From: Trichoplax adhaerens
Lineage: Eukaryota > Animalia > Placozoa
Length of the DNA: 64,000 nucleotides
Direction of reading: 5' to 3'
NCBI RefSeq assembly: GCF_000150275.1
Contig: NW_002060945.1
Span: 8,014,011 to 8,078,010, forward strand
In this document: in pieces, positions 55,747 to 64,000 of the stretch
Layout: each line of letters opens with the position of its first letter
How positions within the stretch are numbered: position 1 is the stretch's first letter
Position numbers and translations under genes: made by a program
Notes under the pieces: generated by a model
What the model was told of the DNA's origin: nothing
The model's input: only the letters and a program-made list of their open reading frames with translations
Databases searched by the model: none

Positions 55747-58700
55747 ATTTACCTGTGTATAATCAGACAAGCAAAAACTACATCAGTTAGGGGCCGGTTG
55801 ATACTGTATGGAAAATATCAACAATGTGATACAGGCTCATCAGGGGAAAGTATACAAAATTAGCTAGACTAAATAGCCGATGACTGATGGACTCCAATAT
55901 CACTTTGAAATCATTCACTATCAAAATCGAATTTATTTTTCTTTAAATGATAGAATTTATGATGGAAATTTGATATACTGTACGTGTCATGAACAGATTC
56001 AAGTCTAACTCAAGTTTCCACAATATCGGTTAGAAAGAAAACGTTTCATGACTTCAAATGAATGCCAGACAAATCATTCTAAACTTCTAGACTTCATTGA
56101 TTACATAGGGTTACTGTATAATCAATTCTTTTTTTTTTTTAACTGTAATGATCGATTTTGGGGGTATTTCTTTCTTCAAGTCGTTGCTATTTTATTAAAA
56201 GTATCTATACTACGAGATAAGTATAGTTGAATATCCATTATCAATTATCACTGACGACTTGCTATCTAAAACTTCGAGATGATCACGTATTTTATTCTAC
56301 CAATGGATCGATATTGATCCATGTTCATCTACAAGTATAACTCGCTATCAGACTATCTAATGAAGTGGATCAAAAATGGGGAAAAATCCATTAAATACTA
56401 TCTACCGTTAGTAGAAGTCAATCTCTAGTCAATAAGTATGCTAGTAGCGCATTTTTATCATGCAGGCATCGAGTAAATTACAAATCAGGTTATCACGCTA
56501 ATGTCGACTGGATGTTGACGATAAAATCCATTCCCTTCAAAAAAGACGGCCTGACTTTTTCATCATCGTTATCATCGGCCCAATAAACAAACTATCGTAT
56601 CTAATCTAGTTTCAATGTGCATTTTTAGCCTTTTATCCTCCACTTACTGTTATCAATTTTCAAATAGGCCACTAGTAACTTCCAAGATGGAACAAATTGC
56701 AATTTAAGCAAAGTCTTTTTCCACTTTTTTTTTTTTCTAGACGTCTTGCTAGTGATGCTTCTTCTTTTTAATATGGAAAAGTAGCTGTGTCACTGATCTA
56801 AATTCAATGGTTTCATCAAGTGTTTGTATTCCTATCACTCGGTTGCTATGCTAGCAACAAACAAACTATTGTCTAACTTGGTTGGTCAAGTTTCACGTGA
56901 TTGACCGACGTTAACAACGCATAGAGTGGTTGGAAAGGGAGGAAAGATGATTTGCATTTTGTCTAAGCCTTGTTACTATACAATAATCTCTTGCTTTTCG
57001 CTAAGCATGGAGGCCTATTCGATCCATTTTAAATCAATTATTGACGCATCAGTGAGTCAATGGATATGATCAACAGTAATGACTCCTTCTATAGCCTATT
57101 ATGATAGCCGTAATTATTATTTTAACTACTTATTGTTATCGTTTTCTTCGATGCCATTGCTCTCCACTTGATACAACAGTTGTAAGCCAATAGTGGGGGT
57201 AAGTCTTCTACACTAGGATAGTAGTCAATGGCGATGGCTTAGATTTCGTTGGGGTCTGGCCTATACAAATACAACCTCTTCGATGAGCCCTACCCCTGCG
57301 GCAAATAGATGACGAACAGAGTTATTTTTATATCATCGACGTAAAAGGCAAGACAATCACCTCCTCAATTGGATTGCATTCTGTAGACTACTAGGTAGAA
57401 AATGACTCTACAGATGAGGCAAACAATCCATTTACAACTTCATAAATTCATCGTAATCAGCGAGAAAATGCGCAATAGAATGGATCACATTCAACGACTT
57501 ATTTCCTATCTTGACATACAGATAGCAACAGACATTTTTGCGGGAGAATCATGCCGTATAATAACTCATACAGTATAGCGTTCTGTTTTTCAATCAACAT
57601 AAACAAGGTTGTCTTTTTTTTTTCCATCATTCGTGGATACCGTTTGTCATGAGACAACGATTCTTTCTATAAAAATTGATCAAAACTTGAAAGAACATCA
57701 AAAATTAATCCTTTTTCAACCTTGACAATCATTTAATTTTTAAACTGTATAATTTCTCTTCGGAACAGAATGCTCAATCAATTAAAATGGCCGTTATGTT
57801 GAAACCATTTTATCCCACGATAGAAATAATCAATACAATCCATAATATATATTGTTGGTCATTGTATATTCCTGAGAATCTACGTCGACGTAGTAATCTC
57901 GATTATCTTTGAAGCAGAATGATAAAATACGATGATCCATCATGTAATCATTTGGATAACAACAACGACAAAAGAGTTTCCATGTATCTTTCTGAAACAA
58001 ATTAATTAAAATTGTAATTAACTGATTAAAGGGCATACTGTAATTAATAATGAGTCATTTCTTCTTCATTATAACACGATATTTCAGTCAGTTAATTCAC
58101 CGGTCTATTTACCATCACTAAAAAATAGCCAACAATAATTTCCTATCAATCCATCCGCTACTTTTGATTAATTACTCAAAGTAATAAACCTTGATACTAC
58201 AATATAAGGGCATTCAATAAAATGATGATTTATTATCCATATATGTGACGTATGAATTCATCTTGGAAAGGTCGAAGACATCGATTAGGTTCGATTAGAC
58301 CACAAAGCTTACACTATAGCAAACTGTGTGAACAATTTCACACCAAAAGGAATTATAAAAATTGACACTCTACTACACCGGATAGACAGAACTCGTATCG
58401 CTATTTCGTACGACTTGCTTTTACGTTAGTTGATATTTGCTTCTAATGATACATACTAATACCGTTGATAATTGATCGATTCTATGCAAACTGACACTGA
58501 TTTGGGTCTAGTAGCAAATAAAATGTCTTATAAGAATGGCTATTGCTTCATGGTTACATTTCCAGCCTTAATCGTAATGTAGCTCCTTCATTTCTATATT
58601 AATGATTAATAACTCCATAACTATTAATATTCCAAGTACAACTATCCTAATGCTAATTCACAATCACTGTATACACTTAGGGAATGATATGATGACTAAC

Positions 58701-61700
58701 CTATTAGTTAGCCTACTGCTAATGCATCACTAGGGATCTCCGCCAAATACGTAACTAGGTATCACTATAGCAACGGATAATTTATAGCACCCCCTTAAAA
58801 AGTAAATAATAGACAACTTGATTGCTTTGGTAATTTTGCCATACTGAACTACGAATTTTTAAGGTCATCCAAAATAAGTTTACGACAGATTATAAACTTG
58901 TAGTAAATAAAAAGCAATCGACAACGGTAAGTTTTTCACAAGACTTCAAGTACTGTACATCGTAGCCTATTGCATTCATTATGATGAATGGCTTAAAGCT
59001 ATATTAAATTTGTTACTACAAGTAGCTATTTCAATACATTGCCCTGTTCTAATGGATAAATAATAATAAAACATAAAGATCATATCCTATCGAGTTATAG
59101 TATTACTAAAAAAAGTTATCATAAATCGATCTAGCACATTTATGACTGCTCGTAATACCATAATCTTCTCGTAGAAACCTGGATACAATTTTAAACACAT
59201 GCATGTGGATATTGGTCATGTGTAAAAACATTCTTGTCATGGCAGGCCGTTTACGTTATATAAGCAAGTGAAAAGATTATAATCCCTTCATCATGTTGCA
59301 TTCCCTTCTTAACTACTCATTATTTATCGCATCAGTTCTTCATAACAAATAATAGCGAGAATAGGACATTGCGTATTCTGTGAGTGGAGAGATTATATTG
59401 CAAATAAGTTGGCTGGTATGGCCTCACTACATATTCAAAATTACTTACGCTTAGATATTATATGATGTACAGAAATACTTTTGTCGAAAAATATTACAGG
59501 GCAGCGTTGCATCTAATTTTATTAAGAGATTTAAATTAGCCGAGAGTACATACTGGCTTCTTCTCTCAGGCGTTAAAAGTTATTACTATTGGAGAAGGCT
59601 TATATTTATTATCGGCATGTAACGACAATTCATTATATTCTAACTCAAAAATTAAATCACAACTTTATTTAGAAAGTATTCTATAACAATGTTATGTTAA
59701 ATACTATACTTATAGGAAGGTTAGTTTGGTATGTAGCTATGAGGACTTTCATCAATGGTTCCGCAAAATACTATATAATCAATTGTAATCTAGTCGACTC
59801 GCAATTTATGATTTTCAGTTTTGTTGTCATTAGTCCATAATTAATACAGATTAAGGCTAGAAAAATATAAATGAGAATAAAAGTAAATTCTAGGAGTCAC
59901 AATGACTAAGCATAGCAACATATTCACTATATTTATTTAAGAAGGTATAACATCAACATGATAATATAACTGGTAACAATTTATCAATCAATTCCTTAGC
60001 ACCATCATTATTGGTTGTTTTATAACAGTTATTAAATGCAAACAGTAATACAATAATTTCACCATTGATGATTTGATTCATTAAGCTGTAGACAATGCAA
60101 CCATTAATATTCTACTAACCTAAGCAAGCACCGTGAGTAGTATAACTATTATAGATTATCATTTCGCTCTGAAATTTTTCCTATACTGTATTATACCGGG
60201 GTAGGCAATGTATAATGCCGAACTGCAAACCTTAAACTACCAAAACTCATACACAAAATAGTAATATTCTATAAAATTGGTTAATGCTTAATTTGTTATT
60301 TCAAGTAATAGCTTTACCGATCTATAGCATACTATTGTACCTAATTCTAGCAATTTGACATCGTAATTGACCTTCTATTAGTCTATAATACCTGAAAGTT
60401 AATAATCAAATAACGATTGATTTTAATAATCGAAATTGGGTTTCCTATTGTGTTACTATGGTGACCAATTATTTACTCTATTACAGTAATGCAGATCGAT
60501 TGCCTGCTAGAAGTTTGTGTCGAAATTGTTAATTATGTCAATTAAGTAATAGTTAACTAGAAGAAAAGGTACCATGTTGCAAATCTATCACTGTTCTTTC
60601 AATTACTGTAAAATTGATCCAACTATGATATGTACTGTATAGTCTAATTGATTCTTGATTAGTTACTCATTCTCCATATTCTGCGCTGCATAAACGATAT
60701 GCTAATAACTCTAATAACCAGTTATACTATATAATTAATAACTTATGTGTACTTTAAGCATATAATGATAACAGGTAAGACGATGATCACTGTTACATCC
60801 TACTCAACAAAGTAATCATAGTTTTTGAGCTCATATTTTCATTTCAGTAAATCTCAATAGTAAATTTAGCCGAATCTAAAATGCAATATTCATATCAAGT
60901 ACAAAAACTAAACAGCAAGAGCTTCAATCCAAGAAATACAATTATCAGCGTTTACTTTTATTTCTTCAGCATGATTTTCTAAAGTTAATTGGCTATTAAG
61001 ACTTTTGAACTTACCGTACGAAAAAGTGATCTTATTCAGCTAGTTTGCCTAAAAGCTTAACGAGAAATATCGTACAGTTAAGAACTATCGATAATAGCTA
61101 TGATATTTAGTAAAAATGAAGAGAGTAAATGTCAAATAGTGACCAATCTGCAGGTGAATAAAATCAATGAATAAGGATAATTAAGAAGTTACTATGTGTT
61201 ACAGTTCGTTTTTAAAATCTGACCTAATAACTCCGCCATTCGGCAATTAGAAGAAACGATATGCGAGTTAATAACAAGATTTATCTAATTTTTGAATAAT
61301 ATTATCTTAAATCTAAGTGCAGGCAAATCCAGTCTAAATCTGATGAGATCATTTTAAATACATAGCAGCGTCTTAGATTCTAAGATTATAAGGAAAATGA
61401 TAGTAAGATTAGTACCGTAGGAAGGAAGATTAGTTAAAGTTGCGTTGTGAAGAAATTAACAACATAGTCCAACATATTTCTGTTCAAAATAAACCATTGT
61501 TGATTATTCATTTTATAACTCTGGTATAATTGCAGCTACTATTGCTATGAACTATTTTACTAATCAACCTGTCTATCAAGCAGTTATCTAGGTAAAGTAG
61601 TTTGCTAGTTATGGATTATCAGTCAATACTTACATTATGTAATTAATCACTAATATCAAATCTTATTGAGCATACAATTTAGGATCATTAATGAATACGT

Positions 61701-63764
61701 ACGTATACATACGATACCCTATTTAATTTCTGTTGGCGAAGCTATATTTAAGAACACTTGTTACAATGTTTATAAGTATTCAATAATTCGAGAAATAGAG
61801 TTGAGTTCATCTTAAAATTTATTCACTTTCTAGGTAATGATGGATTCCAATATTTCATCTTTGAATACTGCATCGTTATTTACATTTACATTATTAATTA
61901 TTAACACATGAGTGTCTTGTCGATACATACTTTATGCATTTACATAAACCTGTTTCGTTGATACAGTTATACTGTATGATGTAGCTAATTCTTATCGCTG
62001 TGTGCGGTTACATTTTTACAAGATAACATGTACTAATGTACAAATATATAGTAAGGTCACCACATTCGAAATTTATTACAATTACTGCCCATATATATAT
62101 ATTACAAATGACAAATGAATAACTAAAATTTGCATGACAGGCAGTCAATTTACATGGAACTTAAACACTAATGCACGCACGCCATGTAGCATGGTCTAGT
62201 AAACATACAATACATATACGTATATATATCAAGATAGTGTAAGTTTTACATTTAGTGAACGAGATTCATGTAATCTTGTGTTGATTTGTACAAATGTTAA
62301 ACGCAAAAAGTTAACGGACGATTAAACAGCTATGTAAAGGTGATTACAAAAGTTTTTAGAACAAAAAGCAAACATTATCCAAATATTTATATGGGGAAAC
62401 GATCGAATAAGTTGAAATCACTGAGGTTCAGTTGAACAAATCTGAAATGATAGCCGTTGTATTTACAGAAATTGGTATCATAATTTTATACAGTATTTGC
62501 GAATATCCTAAATAATATAATCGCAATGTACGAAACATGCAAATACTGGATCCCTTGATTTGTATTCCATTTGCATATCGCTATATCGTCTATACTGGCA
62601 TATGCATAATTCCGAAAATACAGTATACATTTTATATGAATACACATATTCCTTGTTATAGTTAACTAAATATAGGAGAATACTGCCGCACAAGTAATAC
62701 TTTTTCACTATTTACAGGTCTTAATCGTGGCAAGGTCTACGCAATTCGATATCATATTCAGTTTTACGTATTCCGTATTAAATGCAAGAAAAGATTTATA
62801 AAACGAACATTTAATAACTTACCTTATGGTAAATAATATGCTATATACAATAACTCAAGTAAAATCAACACAACATAACGAATTATCTTCAATACAGTTA
62901 TCTTCTTGCCTATCTTTCACCTGAATTGCAACAATTTCTAGTACAGTTTCTATAATGCAGTAATATGCTATGGACTTTCACGCTTTACATCGAGAAACTT
63001 TAAACGTGTACAGAGACATTCAAAGAAGGCATTATTATACACACACGTCATTCATCAACATTAATGTCGAATGGAAATCATATAAAATTACAGATCTCAT
63101 GTGCCACATGATATTCAGGGGCATAATTTTCGACCATTTGCAAGTCCAGTTACGCTAGAAATCGAATACTGTACTGTATGTACTTTTATGCATCATATCT
63201 CTAATCTGGATACTTTTCTGACAGGATGACATAATGAAAGATCAAACTATACGTAAGAAACCCTTCACCATGCGCAACGTTGGAAACAATTGTTTGCAAG
63301 ACAATTTCTATACCCCGAAATTCATTACTGAGGAAGGAATTAAGACTTTGATCTTGGCACTTTATATAAAAAGAATGCCCATAAATTGTCGTGTTTCTCA
63401 GTAAAAGTTACATATATTTGCAACAATGAAGAGCACTAACGTGCGCAAATATTTCGTATCATTGGTGAAGTGTTATACTGTACACTTTGAGATTAATTCT
63501 ATTTAGCTATATATATTTATATTAACAGGTACTGCATACAAAACAGATTTCGGCGATAACAAAAAGTCTTGATACAACCAATAATACATTGAAATATATA
63601 TTTTACATCAGTCTGGTGGTATTTCTTATAATTTTTCTAGTATCTCAGAGTATACGATGTCGACATTGCCTTATCATCCCCCAATTGATAAAATCTTACA
63701 GACATGTAAGTGAACATGTAACGGAATAGGAAACCACATCAAGAAAATATCATTCATTTAGCAA

Positions 63765-64000
63765 TCAAAATTGACTGCCAGCTGAGCTCAAGTTGCTTCC
63801 GTAAGAAGAACTATGGCGAATGGTAGGACGTACTTGTTTATCCTAAATAGTGAAATGACATTAAATATATTTCAATTTTGAGCTGAAGCTACTACAAAAG
63901 CCATTTTCTCTTCATGAATATTACACATACCGTACCATGTGGTGGAGGAGATTTAGGAACAGTAATACCTGAAGAAGGTATACCTCCTGGATTAGCTGGC
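63765..64000 (-). CDS. 3' end of an unidentified gene running off the window (exons >64000-63931 and 63842-63765)
   Basis: PANPGGIPSSGITVPKSPPPHGT|GTATGT...TTTAG|DKQVRPTIRHSSSYGSNLSSAGSQF-stop. A phase-0 intron of 88 nt joins two open, more GC-rich segments. Confidence 0.55.

Overview
This is AT-rich, intron-containing eukaryotic DNA with short GT-AG introns and compact genes. It most resembles an early-branching animal such as a placozoan; that attribution is inference from style and gene content and was not tested by a search. Hand splicing gives, in order: two tandem alpha-tubulins (+) separated by an N-gap and a TACAG/CTGTA array, PHGDH (+), a secreted astacin metalloprotease with a C-terminal LamG/pentraxin-like domain (-), a 9 kb gene-poor stretch with a possible GPCR relic, a large multi-exon gene (+), ACL4 (+), STK16 (-) head-to-head with YBEY (+), a lipid-anchored acidic protein with two CAP domains (-), and the 3' end of an unidentified gene (-) at the right edge. 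The strongest novelty candidate is the large gene at 34.0-41.5 kb. It appears to fuse a CARD-like death fold, a ZU5/UPA-like module and a dynamin/mitofusin-like GTPase with degenerate catalytic motifs. Other candidates are the palindromic TACAG/CTGTA arrays beside three housekeeping-gene starts, a tubulin pair with a gene-conversion tract and a genetically tyrosine-less tail, and an antisense array of exon-like repeat units inside an intron of the large gene. All domain calls are by-eye motif recognition.
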